From: Spirochaetia bacterium
GTDB lineage: Bacteria > Spirochaetota > Spirochaetia > DSM-16054 > Sediminispirochaetaceae
NCBI GenBank assembly: GCA_034520965.1
Contig: JAXHMY010000001.1
Coordinates: forward strand, 928,001 to 992,000
DNA: 64,000 nt
Reading direction: 5' to 3'
The notes under the pieces were generated by a model. It made no database searches and was not told the origin of the DNA. It saw nothing but the letters and a program-made list of their open reading frames with translations. This document shows, in pieces, positions 55,276 to 64,000 of this stretch; the first letter of the stretch is position 1, and each line of letters starts with the position of its first letter. The position numbers were made by a program, and so were the translations under genes.

Positions 55276-55506
55276 CTATTCCCGATTGTATACCTCTGTC
55301 CGGTCAAAGCGATACTCGGAAGGTGATTCGCCGGAATATTTGATGCAGAGATTCTCGAACTCCTGCGCCGCCGCTTCTCGGTCCATTTGGTTGGTAATTT
55401 GCTCAAGATGCGCGCGGATGAGATTGTTTAACGAGGAATTATGTCGTTTGGCGTATTCGCGGGCTTTTTTTATCAGGTTTTCATTTGCCGATAAGGTGAT
55501 ATTCAT
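55276..55506 (-). CDS. RHH-type antitoxin (DUF6364-like)
   Basis: MNITLSANENLIKKAREYA...SLNNLIR, directly upstream of the PIN gene. Confidence 0.8.
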   Translation of the reverse strand: MNITLSANENLIKKAREYAKRHNSSLNNLIRAHLEQITNQMDREAAAQEFENLCIKYSGESPSEYRFDRTEVYNRE

Positions 55507-55688
55507 ACCTATACCTTCTATGTGTCGTATGTGTACACTTATAATATGATAGCAGTAACGGGCTTATGTCAAGCTGTTTCAGCTCGGTACGTCAGAAACA
55601 AGTTGTTCTTTCTTCACCAGTTTTGCGCCGGGGAATACCCCGCAGCCGCGAGACCGCAAGGGATGCGGCGGCGGGGGCCGCCCAGCCC

Positions 55689-56579
55689 TTAAGTCTCTTC
55701 TTCTTCGTCTTCGAAGTCGAACTCGGCGGCACGTTCCTTCAGGTGGCTTGAAAAGGAGATTTTGGGAACCCCCTGGGCCGGTTTGGCAGGGATGGTCATT
55801 TCCTCGCCCGTGGCGGGATTACGCCCTACCCGCGCCTTCTGAGGGGGCCGCTGCTTAATCGAAACACGCCCGAGGCGGCCTAGGTTCACCGACTCACCCA
55901 AGAGCAGGCCGCTTTCAACCATGTACAGGTAATCATCGATTACCTGCTTGACCTCTTTCTGGGTAAGGTCGCTGCGCTGGGCAAGGTAGGCGACGATGGA
56001 CTGCTTGTTAAAGTGCTCAACAGCGGCATTCTGAGGATCCCGGGACTGCTTGTTAATACGGGTAAAACCGTTGGTGAGAAAAATGGTTGCCTCGCGAATC
56101 CGTTTCTCCTGCTCTTCCTTGCTTAGGCCGGCGGAAAAACGGGCGATTCGATACACGGGTGAAGTTTTTTTAAGGGGCCCGTCATGGACCCGGGCCGGAC
56201 TGCCGCGCCGAATTGCCCCATCGATACTCACTTTGACTCCACGCAGAATTTCCGGTACATCGCTGCGCAGGGGAATACTGGCATATTCCATCTCCCGCTG
56301 CCCCTCCCGGGCAGGCCACAGGCTCAGCAGAGAGCCGCTGTTGCTCAGCAGCAGCATACCCTGCTCATCATCCGCGGCTACCTCATCCGCCTGCTCCATA
56401 TCCAGGGCTGCGGTTTGCCCTGCAAAAAGCCGTTCCTTTTCGATCCAGGCTGCGGCTAAGCGCTCGAAAGCTTCTTCTTCGCCCCCCTGGCCCGAAAGCT
56501 CGTTCCTCCGAACTAACTGCCGTAAATGCTCCCGGATTTCCTCCGGAAGATTGTCGATTTGTTCACGTTTTACTTTCAT
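55689..56579 (-). CDS. Unknown domain fused to a C-terminal HU/IHF-like domain
   Basis: C-terminus GESVNLGRLG..ARVGRNPATGEEMTIPAK; N-terminus paralogous to 56815-57340. Confidence 0.85.
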   Translation of the reverse strand: MKVKREQIDNLPEEIREHLRQLVRRNELSGQGGEEEAFERLAAAWIEKERLFAGQTAALDMEQADEVAADDEQGMLLLSNSGSLLSLWPAREGQREMEYASIPLRSDVPEILRGVKVSIDGAIRRGSPARVHDGPLKKTSPVYRIARFSAGLSKEEQEKRIREATIFLTNGFTRINKQSRDPQNAAVEHFNKQSIVAYLAQRSDLTQKEVKQVIDDYLYMVESGLLLGESVNLGRLGRVSIKQRPPQKARVGRNPATGEEMTIPAKPAQGVPKISFSSHLKERAAEFDFEDEEEET

Positions 56580-56632
56580 ACACCCATTGTATACCTTAAG
56601 AACGGAAATTCACAAGTTACTTATATTATGGA

Positions 56633-56678
56633 CAGCGATTCTATATTTGGAAGTCTTTTAACTTCCAAATTTGAATTC
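56633..56678. repeat. Third, degenerate copy of the 17.1-kb palindromic element
   Basis: CAGCGATTCTATATTTGGAAGTCTTTTAACTTCCAAATTTGAATTC matches the reverse complement of about 17117-17163. Confidence 0.75.
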
Positions 56679-56814
56679 CATAATTTGTTTGCAAAGCTCA
56701 TATTTAGCATTTGTACTGTAATTAATTCATAGACTGTAGATACCGGATTTGTGTTTCGACCGGTGCGAACTCAAATGAGTGTACCGGTAGCAAGATCAGA
56801 AAGGAGAAAGAAGA

Positions 56815-57340
56815 ATGGGATCAGAAGATTTCTCTGAAAAAATTCGACAGCACATACATCAGTTGGTAAAGACCGCAGGCCTACCCGACACCGAAGAGTC
56901 TTTAGCAGAGCCTCGAACGGGGCTGGGAAGAGAAGCTGAGCACCTTTGAAAAACAGGTGGAAGAGCGGGATATGGAGATGGTCGAAGAGTTCGACGCGGA
57001 GGATGAACGCGGCGCGCTGCTGATGACCTACTCGGGCAGCCTGATTAACCTGGGACCCAAGGGCGGGGAAGGCCGCTTTATTGCCTACCACAGCATAGGG
57101 GTTCGTAACGATGTTCCGGAATCCGCAGAAACCGACAAGACCGACCTGGCCGCGGATGTGCTTATCGACGAAGGGGCAGCCTTTACCAACGGACCTATTA
57201 AAAAGAGTTCTCCCATCTTCAAAATCGCAGTAATTGTCGAAGAGATGGAAGATGAAGAGCAGGAAGAGCTGCTGGCCGAGATGACCCAGATGCTCACCGA
57301 CGATTTTATTGAAGTCAACAAGACAATAATCCAGGAGTAG
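56815..57340 (+). CDS. Acidic hypothetical protein; 1-nt indel near 56908
   Basis: AAGGAG RBS; MGSEDFSEKIRQHIHQLVK then GWEEKLSTFEKQV...YSGSL...RNDVPE...GPIKKSSPIFKIA. Confidence 0.75.
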
Positions 57341-57341
57341 G

Positions 57342-58358
57342 ATGAAGCAACTCATCGAGATTGCTCAGCGTGCGGGCCTTCCGGAAAGGGAGGCCTACAC
57401 AGCTCTTATACAACAGTCCATCGAAGTCCTGCAGAATGAAGACCCCCTGTACCGTCCCCGGGATGAACGCAACCGCCCAGGAGGGATGTTGCGGCTCAAC
57501 CACCAGCCGACCATCATAATACCCGATCTGCACGCGCGCCCCTGGTTTCTGCTGCAGGTGCTGGCCTACCGGCCCGGGAGGCAACCGGACTCAACTACCG
57601 TGTTCGAGCTTTTGGAGCAAGGGGAATTGCAGATGGTCTGTGTGGGCGATGGTTTTCATGGAGAGTCCAGGGCAGCACAGCGCTGGAAAAAGGCCTTTAA
57701 GGAGTTTACCGGGAAGTATCACCGCCACTCGGCAATGGATGAGGAGATGCGGGAGAGTCTGAGCCTGATGGAGATAGTGATGCAGCTGAAGATTATGCGG
57801 CCCGACTCTTTTCATTTTCTGAAGGGGAACCACGAGAACATTTTAAATGAGGAAGGTCGCGGGAACCACCCTTTCCGAAAATTTGCCTTTGAGGGGGAAA
57901 TGGTGAAAGAGTGGGTTCTGAAGTTCTACGGAGAGGAGTTTATCTACGCCTTTGCCGAGATGGAGCATGAGTTTCCCCTATTGGCGGTAGACGGCACCTT
58001 TATGCTGTCCCACGCCGAGCCGCAGCGCTATTTTACCCACGAAGAGGTAATCCGTTACCGGGAGTACGATGATGTAGTGCTGGGCCTGACCTGGACTCCC
58101 AATGACGGGGCTGAGGAGGGAAGTGTAAACCAAATGATAGCCGATTACTGCAGCCACCCCGATCAGGCCGTCTATTTCGGCGGCCACCGCCCGGTGCAGG
58201 GCAAGTTTAACCTGCGAGCCAAGGATAAATACGTCCAGCTGCACAATCCAGGAACCTACAGCTTCGCCCTGCTGCAGCCGGGTATTCCCCCGGACCCTCA
58301 GCAGGATATACTGGTAATACCCCACGACGAAGAAGCGGTGTTGAGAGCGGAGGAATAG
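57342..58358 (+). CDS. Calcineurin-like metallophosphoesterase
   Basis: PDLHA, VGDGFHGE, KGNHE, SHAEP, FGGH. Confidence 0.82.
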   Translation: MKQLIEIAQRAGLPEREAYTALIQQSIEVLQNEDPLYRPRDERNRPGGMLRLNHQPTIIIPDLHARPWFLLQVLAYRPGRQPDSTTVFELLEQGELQMVCVGDGFHGESRAAQRWKKAFKEFTGKYHRHSAMDEEMRESLSLMEIVMQLKIMRPDSFHFLKGNHENILNEEGRGNHPFRKFAFEGEMVKEWVLKFYGEEFIYAFAEMEHEFPLLAVDGTFMLSHAEPQRYFTHEEVIRYREYDDVVLGLTWTPNDGAEEGSVNQMIADYCSHPDQAVYFGGHRPVQGKFNLRAKDKYVQLHNPGTYSFALLQPGIPPDPQQDILVIPHDEEAVLRAEE

Positions 58359-58359
58359 T

Positions 58360-59997
58360 ATGGCAAAAGTGCCCGAGAGTATCGGAAAGTACAAAATTAG
58401 TGAGCTCATCGCCCAGGGCGGGATGGGAGCGGTATACAAGGGGGTTCACCCCACCCTTGAACGCCCGGTCATTCTAAAAAAACTTACCCTCCGCGGGAAC
58501 CCGGACTTTGCCGAACGGTTTCGGCGGGAAGCCCGTCTGTTGATGGATTTTCGCCACGATAATATTGTCGATGTATATGACCACTTTAAAGAGGGTCGCA
58601 GCCATTTTATTGTGCTTGAGTACGTTGACGGGCTTTCTCTGGAACAGCTGATTCGCCGCGAACGCTATCTGCCGAACGAGATGGCCCTCTACATTCTCTA
58701 CCAGTCCTGCCGGGCACTCAAATACGCCCACGATCGGGAGGTGGTGCACCGCGACATTAAACCGGCCAACATACTGTTGTCGAAACGGGGCGAGGTAAAG
58801 CTGGTGGATTTCGGAATTGCCACCTCCGCCGAAGATGCCGAGAGCGGTTTGACCCGGGAGGGCATGACCCTCGGCTCTCCGGCCTACATGGCACCGGAGC
58901 AGTTTGAAAACACCCGCAATGTGGATTTGCGGGCGGATATCTACTCCATGGGAGTTATGCTGTACGAAATGGTGACCGGAAAAAAGCCGTATCCCGGGGG
59001 CTTTTCAGCCGATTTGGTGGCGGCTATCCAGAAGGGAAAGTTCCCGCCCCCGAAAAGGTACAACCCCAAGGTAAACCGGCTGGTCCGCAAAATTATCAAA
59101 AAGAGCATGCACCCCAAGCGCGCACGGCGCTTTCAAAACCTGGATGAGGTACTCGCCCTGCTGGAGAGGTTCTTCAATCGGCGCCGGCTCGAACCCTACC
59201 GCCTGCAGCTGCAGCAGGCGGTTGCGGGAAAAACCGTGGAGCCCCTGACCCCGCGGCGTCGCTCAAAAATCAAAACGGCACTGATCACAATTCCGGCGGC
59301 CCTGGTGCTGCTGGGGGCAGCCGGAGGCATTCTCTATAGCCTGGGCTATTACCACGAGTGGATAGAGCCGAATGCGTATGGAGCCTTGAGCTTTCAGGTG
59401 AAGGTAGATGAGAGCTATAAGCCGCCGGAGGATTACTATATTCGCGGCCGGCTGTTTACCGATACCGGTGACAATGCCGAAGAGATGGATACAGCACCTT
59501 TGCGTTTTACCCGGGTTCAGCATGCCGATGGAGATTCACTGCAGTTTCGCAGTCGAAAATTGTATCTGCCGGAGGATGAGTATCGGGTAAAACTTCAAAT
59601 TGAAAATACCCTGCACTGGAAAAGTTTTTACCTGGAGCCGCGGAGCAGTCAGAAACAGAACATCAATACCAGAGAGGGACGTACCCTTGAGTTTCATTTC
59701 GGCGTACAGCGGGCACTGCCCCTGGAGGTAGACTTTTTTGTCCAGGACCGCTCGAGCTGGGAGAACATAACCGGTTTAACCCGCATCATGGTTGAAATGA
59801 ACGGACGGCGGCAGCCGTGGAGCCCGGAGCTGGCAGAGAGCCTGCGGACGGGCAGGGTGTACCATTTTCACTTTACCGCCCCGGGTTACAAGCCAAAGAC
59901 ATTCAGCCTGTTAATCCGGCCCGAACAGTACCAGCTGGTACTGAATCCGCGGCTTACCCCGATTGAAGAGAACCCGATTGAAGAGAAAGAAGAGTAA
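58360..59997 (+). CDS. Hanks-type Ser/Thr kinase with a TM helix and extracytoplasmic beta domain
   Basis: GGMGAVY, HRDIKPAN, DFG, YMAPE, DIYSMG; TM helix around residue 310. Confidence 0.93.
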   Translation: MAKVPESIGKYKISELIAQGGMGAVYKGVHPTLERPVILKKLTLRGNPDFAERFRREARLLMDFRHDNIVDVYDHFKEGRSHFIVLEYVDGLSLEQLIRRERYLPNEMALYILYQSCRALKYAHDREVVHRDIKPANILLSKRGEVKLVDFGIATSAEDAESGLTREGMTLGSPAYMAPEQFENTRNVDLRADIYSMGVMLYEMVTGKKPYPGGFSADLVAAIQKGKFPPPKRYNPKVNRLVRKIIKKSMHPKRARRFQNLDEVLALLERFFNRRRLEPYRLQLQQAVAGKTVEPLTPRRRSKIKTALITIPAALVLLGAAGGILYSLGYYHEWIEPNAYGALSFQVKVDESYKPPEDYYIRGRLFTDTGDNAEEMDTAPLRFTRVQHADGDSLQFRSRKLYLPEDEYRVKLQIENTLHWKSFYLEPRSSQKQNINTREGRTLEFHFGVQRALPLEVDFFVQDRSSWENITGLTRIMVEMNGRRQPWSPELAESLRTGRVYHFHFTAPGYKPKTFSLLIRPEQYQLVLNPRLTPIEENPIEEKEE

Positions 59998-60009
59998 AAG
60001 GAGAAGTTC

Positions 60010-60909
60010 ATGTCGACAGCACTAAGGCGATTAGTTATATCTATTTTGGGTTTATTGGCCGGAGTTGCCGCGTGGCCCCTGATGGAACTGGTACTCAGCT
60101 ATCAGCACCTGTTCCCAAGCTACTTTCTGTTCAGTCTGGCCCAGGGAGCCCTGTTCGGCGTAATAATGGGGGCCTTCTTCGGAAGCGGAGAGGGGCTTAC
60201 CGCCAAGGAGCGGGGAAAAATCATACGCGGTACTCTGATGGGAGCTGCCACCGGTGCAGCGGGCGGGATTGTCGGATTCCTGGCCGGGCAGGGGATACTT
60301 TTTTTGGTGGTCCAGCAGGCCTTTACCTCCTACCGAAGCCAACAACTGATTGCCGTTCCCCTGGCCAGAATAGTCGGCTGGGCAATTCTGGGTATTGCGG
60401 TAGGCGCCTCGGAGGGGCTGCGAGCCCGCTCGCTAAAGAAAACCCTGGTAGGTGTGGGGGGCGGCTTTTTAGGGGGAGTGCTCGGCGGAGCAAGTATCGA
60501 ATATCTGCGAACCCTCTATCCGGAGCTTCTGTACACCCGCTTGGTCGGTGTGGCGGTATTCGGATTGTTGATCGGCATCTGCTATTCCCTGCTTGAGAGG
60601 GGAGTATCTTTGGGCATTCTGCGGGTTTTAAACGGCCCGCGGCGGGGAAAGGAGTACAGTTTTGTGCAAAACCGTGTGAGTGTCGGCAGCGATAAAAATA
60701 ACGATATCGTCTTGGACAGCTATTCTAATGTGGCCCCGAAACATGCCCGCTTTAGGGTGCGCGGAAAAGATGTGTATTTACAGCACATTGATGCGAAAAA
60801 GAGCGCGAAAATCTATGTGAATGAGCTGCCGATAGAAACGGAACAGCTGCTCAAGTACGAAGATGTCATCCAGATTGGTTCGGCCAAGCTGTTTTTCAAG
60901 ACCGAGTAG
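60010..60909 (+). CDS. Polytopic membrane protein with a C-terminal FHA domain
   Basis: About six Gly-rich TM helices; LNGPRRGKEY..DIVL..KHARF..YVNE..LKYEDVIQIG. Confidence 0.8.
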   Translation: MSTALRRLVISILGLLAGVAAWPLMELVLSYQHLFPSYFLFSLAQGALFGVIMGAFFGSGEGLTAKERGKIIRGTLMGAATGAAGGIVGFLAGQGILFLVVQQAFTSYRSQQLIAVPLARIVGWAILGIAVGASEGLRARSLKKTLVGVGGGFLGGVLGGASIEYLRTLYPELLYTRLVGVAVFGLLIGICYSLLERGVSLGILRVLNGPRRGKEYSFVQNRVSVGSDKNNDIVLDSYSNVAPKHARFRVRGKDVYLQHIDAKKSAKIYVNELPIETEQLLKYEDVIQIGSAKLFFKTE

Positions 60910-60932
60910 GAGAGGAACATAGGAGAAGAATA

Positions 60933-62420
60933 ATGAGAATTAAAATAAAAGCATTTTTGGCGATACTGGGTATTATGTTCGGCCTGGGCTTTGGTCCGGG
61001 GGACAGCCCTGTTTTTGGTCCGGGGGTCGGCCGGCTGGAGGCACAATCACTGACAATATCGCAAATCGACAGCTCCTCCCTGCTGCTTTCGCAACAGGTA
61101 AACCTGTATTTAAGTGTAAACGACAGGCGGGGCAATTCCATTGCCGGTTTAGAGAAGGACAACTTTACCGTATATGAATCGGCTGACGGGCAAGAGTACA
61201 CAGAAATTCCTGCAATTGAAGAGCTTGCAGAGCAGCCGAATAAGGAGCAGGGCATCCATATCCTGCTGCTGATAGACAACTCCGGCAGCATGTACGATAC
61301 CCTCGAGGGAAAACCCACCAAGGATCGGGAGCGAATGCGTATTACCCATGCAAAAGCGGCCATTCGGCAGTTTATTAACCGCTCTTTCAATCCGCGAGAT
61401 GTTGTTTCCCTGGCCTCATTTAATACCGACCTGACCCTGCACTCCGAAGCGCTTAAAGACCCTAGTGCCCTGGAAGGGCTGCTGGAATCTATCCGCAGGC
61501 CGGAAAGCGAGCAGGCCTACACCGAGCTGTACCACTCCCTGGATGACTCGGTCTACCGGATGGCGAGATACCGGGGGCGCAAGGTGGTGGTAGTACTCTC
61601 GGACGGCGAGAATTACCCCTACTATGAGCATTCCGGCAGCCCCCATTCCGAGTATGGAACCGAGCTGCTGGAACCGGAGACGGTGGTAGACAGCTTTCAG
61701 AGGGAAGGGGTTACCCTGTATGCGATCCATTTTGGCATTGAGCGGGACCGGAACCTCGGCCAGATGGCCCTGAAGTCCGGCGGGAACGTGTACGATGCCA
61801 GAGATGAAGAAGAACTCGCGACGGTGTACCAGGATATTAAACAGAAAATAGAAAATGAGTATCGCCTTACCTATCGGGCAGGAATGCTTCCTACCGACCG
61901 CAAGTTTGTGAAGGTGGAATTTGAAAGTGGACGACAGCAGGCCGAAGCGGAGCGTTACTACTACGCCGGAACGCTGTTCGGGATTCCCGTTCAGCCCTAC
62001 CCCTATTTGATTCTGCTCTTAATTGCGGCTGCTCTGCTGCTGTGGCTCTTATTGCTGCTGCTGCGCTACCGCAAGCTGCAGAAAAATGCCGCCCTGGAGG
62101 TTCTGCAGCCCGGATACCGGACCAAGGTCAGTTCATCCACCATCGCGCTTACCCAGGAAAAAACCGTAATTGGCGGAGGCGAGAGGGCCGACCTGACCAT
62201 CAGCGGGCTCCCCTCCCTCAAACCGGAACACGCTACCATCATGTATGATAAGCAGAATGGGGACTATACCCTGGCCGGGGAGGGCAACATCACCGTGAAC
62301 AACCGCAGGGTAAGCGGCAACCGAAAGCTGCGCGACGGAGATGTGGTAAACATAGAGGGCACAACCATTGTGTTTGATTCGGGAACTCAGGGGGAAAAGA
62401 AGAAGGAGCCGGAAAAGTAG
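60933..62420 (+). CDS. Signal peptide-VWA-TM-FHA protein
   Basis: MIDAS motif DNSGS, LSDGE; TM LILLLIAAALLLWLLLLLL; HATI..TVNN..LRDGDVVNI. Confidence 0.85.
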   Translation: MRIKIKAFLAILGIMFGLGFGPGDSPVFGPGVGRLEAQSLTISQIDSSSLLLSQQVNLYLSVNDRRGNSIAGLEKDNFTVYESADGQEYTEIPAIEELAEQPNKEQGIHILLLIDNSGSMYDTLEGKPTKDRERMRITHAKAAIRQFINRSFNPRDVVSLASFNTDLTLHSEALKDPSALEGLLESIRRPESEQAYTELYHSLDDSVYRMARYRGRKVVVVLSDGENYPYYEHSGSPHSEYGTELLEPETVVDSFQREGVTLYAIHFGIERDRNLGQMALKSGGNVYDARDEEELATVYQDIKQKIENEYRLTYRAGMLPTDRKFVKVEFESGRQQAEAERYYYAGTLFGIPVQPYPYLILLLIAAALLLWLLLLLLRYRKLQKNAALEVLQPGYRTKVSSSTIALTQEKTVIGGGERADLTISGLPSLKPEHATIMYDKQNGDYTLAGEGNITVNNRRVSGNRKLRDGDVVNIEGTTIVFDSGTQGEKKKEPEK

Positions 62421-62488
62421 AGTAGTGTTTTGGACTGCCAGGGGAGCCTAACCTCGCCGGCAGTGTGTCAGTTCAGACGCGGCAAGTA

Positions 62489-63556
62489 TCACCGGCGACC
62501 GGCTTTTTTAGCGATTTTTCGAACCTGCTGAACAAACTGAGGATTTGTAAGGGCTTCGTTGTAGCCCTGTTCGATTATTTCGTCGGCTTTGTTGAAGTCG
62601 TTCAGGTAATACTCTTCCAGGTCCGGATGAATATAGGCATAGGTGCTGAAAAAACCTCCCTCCGGTTCAGCTGTCTGTTGTTCGTTAATAATGGCCATCA
62701 CATTGGTAATGACCTCCGGCAAGGTAAGGGTGGCCGCCTTGTGATCGGGTCCTCGTGTAAAACTATTTACAAGATCCTTCACCGAGAAGGTTTCCCGGGA
62801 TTGCAGGGTATCAGCAAGTTTCTGCAGAGGGATCCGAAAGGCTCCGTTGGTTAACCGATCTTCCAGCTTTCGAAAAGCAGACTTCTGGCTGTCCGATAAG
62901 TCTTGGTCGGAAATTTCTTTTTGATGCTCTTCCTCGACCTGCCGCTTCGCCTCATCCTTAGCCTCAGTCTCGATTAGTTCGGAAGCATGCAGCACCCGTT
63001 GTGCATCCTCGCGGCGTTTGGGGGCCACATCCACTACTACCTGCAGCCGCCCGAACTCTTCAGCTATCCTCCAGGGCAGATTATTCAGAACTCCGCCGTC
63101 GATCAGCTGATGCCCGTGGAAACTGTAGGGTTTAAAGACCGTCGGTATCGACATCGAGGCCATCATTGCATCCAGCAGACGCCCCCTGTCAAAGATAACC
63201 TGCTGCCCGGTGTTTATATCAACCGCAACACTCCGGTAGCTAACGGGAAGGTCTTCGATGAGGGCATCCTGAATGAAGCCGTGGAAAAAGTCCCGAATAC
63301 CGTCGGTATCGATAATTCCTCCCCGGGGAAAGGAGGGAAAGAAAAGTTTTACAATCTCGATCGACCGTACCTGTTCAGCCACCTGCTGAATTTGCTTGGA
63401 ATCATACCCATACGCGTACAAACCCCCGACTATCGCTCCCATCGAAGTGCCGACAATCGCCGTAGGCCGCAGCCCCCACTCTTCCAGATACCGCAAAACG
63501 CCTACATGGGCATATCCGTAGGCCGCGCCGCCGCTTAATGTATAAACCAGTTCCAT
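62489..63556 (-). CDS. Patatin-like phospholipase
   Basis: SGGAAYG, GTSMG, DGG. Confidence 0.9.
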   Translation of the reverse strand: MELVYTLSGGAAYGYAHVGVLRYLEEWGLRPTAIVGTSMGAIVGGLYAYGYDSKQIQQVAEQVRSIEIVKLFFPSFPRGGIIDTDGIRDFFHGFIQDALIEDLPVSYRSVAVDINTGQQVIFDRGRLLDAMMASMSIPTVFKPYSFHGHQLIDGGVLNNLPWRIAEEFGRLQVVVDVAPKRREDAQRVLHASELIETEAKDEAKRQVEEEHQKEISDQDLSDSQKSAFRKLEDRLTNGAFRIPLQKLADTLQSRETFSVKDLVNSFTRGPDHKAATLTLPEVITNVMAIINEQQTAEPEGGFFSTYAYIHPDLEEYYLNDFNKADEIIEQGYNEALTNPQFVQQVRKIAKKAGRR

Positions 63557-63646
63557 CGCTTTTCCTCTCTCCCATGAAAATAGCCGTATTCGGCTAATTT
63601 CACTGTAATCCGCTGCCGGCGGAATATCAAGTCCACAGTCCACACA

Positions 63647-64000
63647 CTATGCAAGCAGCCGCTCCGCCCCGCTCCAGCCAAAGTATACGGCAAAGCCTAT
63701 TAGCACTACTGCCGACACTGCAATAATGCCGCGGTAGATTCGGTCGCTGAAAAAGCGTCGGCCCTTGCCCACTGCTGTGGACACAAGGGTATACCAGGCA
63801 AAATCAGCGGATTGATGGCCCAAGAAGAATATCAGCACTCCCAGCAGACCGGCTGTTTGTGAACGGGCCACCAGGCCGAGGCCGATGGTTGCCCACCACA
63901 CTACCCAGTAGGGGTTGGCAAGACTAAGAAGTATGCCGATTTTCATGGGACGCCCGACCCCTCCCCGTTCATAGCCGCTCTGGCCTGCCTCCGGGCGGTT
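63647..64000 (-). CDS. LysE-family translocator, 3' part
   Basis: GILLSLANPYW..WW; truncated by the window end. Confidence 0.75.
   Translation of the reverse strand, partial: NRPEAGQSGYERGGVGRPMKIGILLSLANPYWVVWWATIGLGLVARSQTAGLLGVLIFFLGHQSADFAWYTLVSTAVGKGRRFFSDRIYRGIIAVSAVVLIGFAVYFGWSGAERLLA

Noticed and set aside
62489..63556. Patatin as a CBASS-type effector or part of the kinase system
   Set aside because: RssA/NTE-like housekeeping type on the opposite strand; no cyclase nearby

Overview
Bacterial chromosomal segment, most likely from an anaerobic free-living spirochaete. This is inferred from 'FAGGQQE'-type substrate-binding protein leaders, a FecR/beta-barrel cluster and AdhE-based fermentation. 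About 50 coding regions; no rRNA, tRNA or CRISPR array recognised. At least 18 genes are split by small indels, many in homopolymer runs and densest at 35-46 kb, which points to long-read assembly error rather than decay. Content: housekeeping genes (eda, MscS, Dus, HAD, SufE); an orphan DNA methyltransferase; a divergent catabolic locus (NSS transporter, atypical DRE-TIM enzyme, PurN-like formyltransferase fused to an ADP-forming acyl-CoA synthetase, MerR-XRE-cupin regulator); an adhE-hfsABC-adhA locus; two-component systems; two sugar ABC systems; an IS1-like element; a coiled-coil repeat protein; and toxin-antitoxin loci. The best candidate for an undescribed system is 55.7-62.4 kb: two divergent paralogs of an unknown ~175-aa domain, one fused to an HU-like DNA-binding domain, heading an operon of metallophosphoesterase, membrane Ser/Thr kinase, membrane FHA protein and VWA-TM-FHA protein. 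All calls come from reading motifs by eye; no searches were run.
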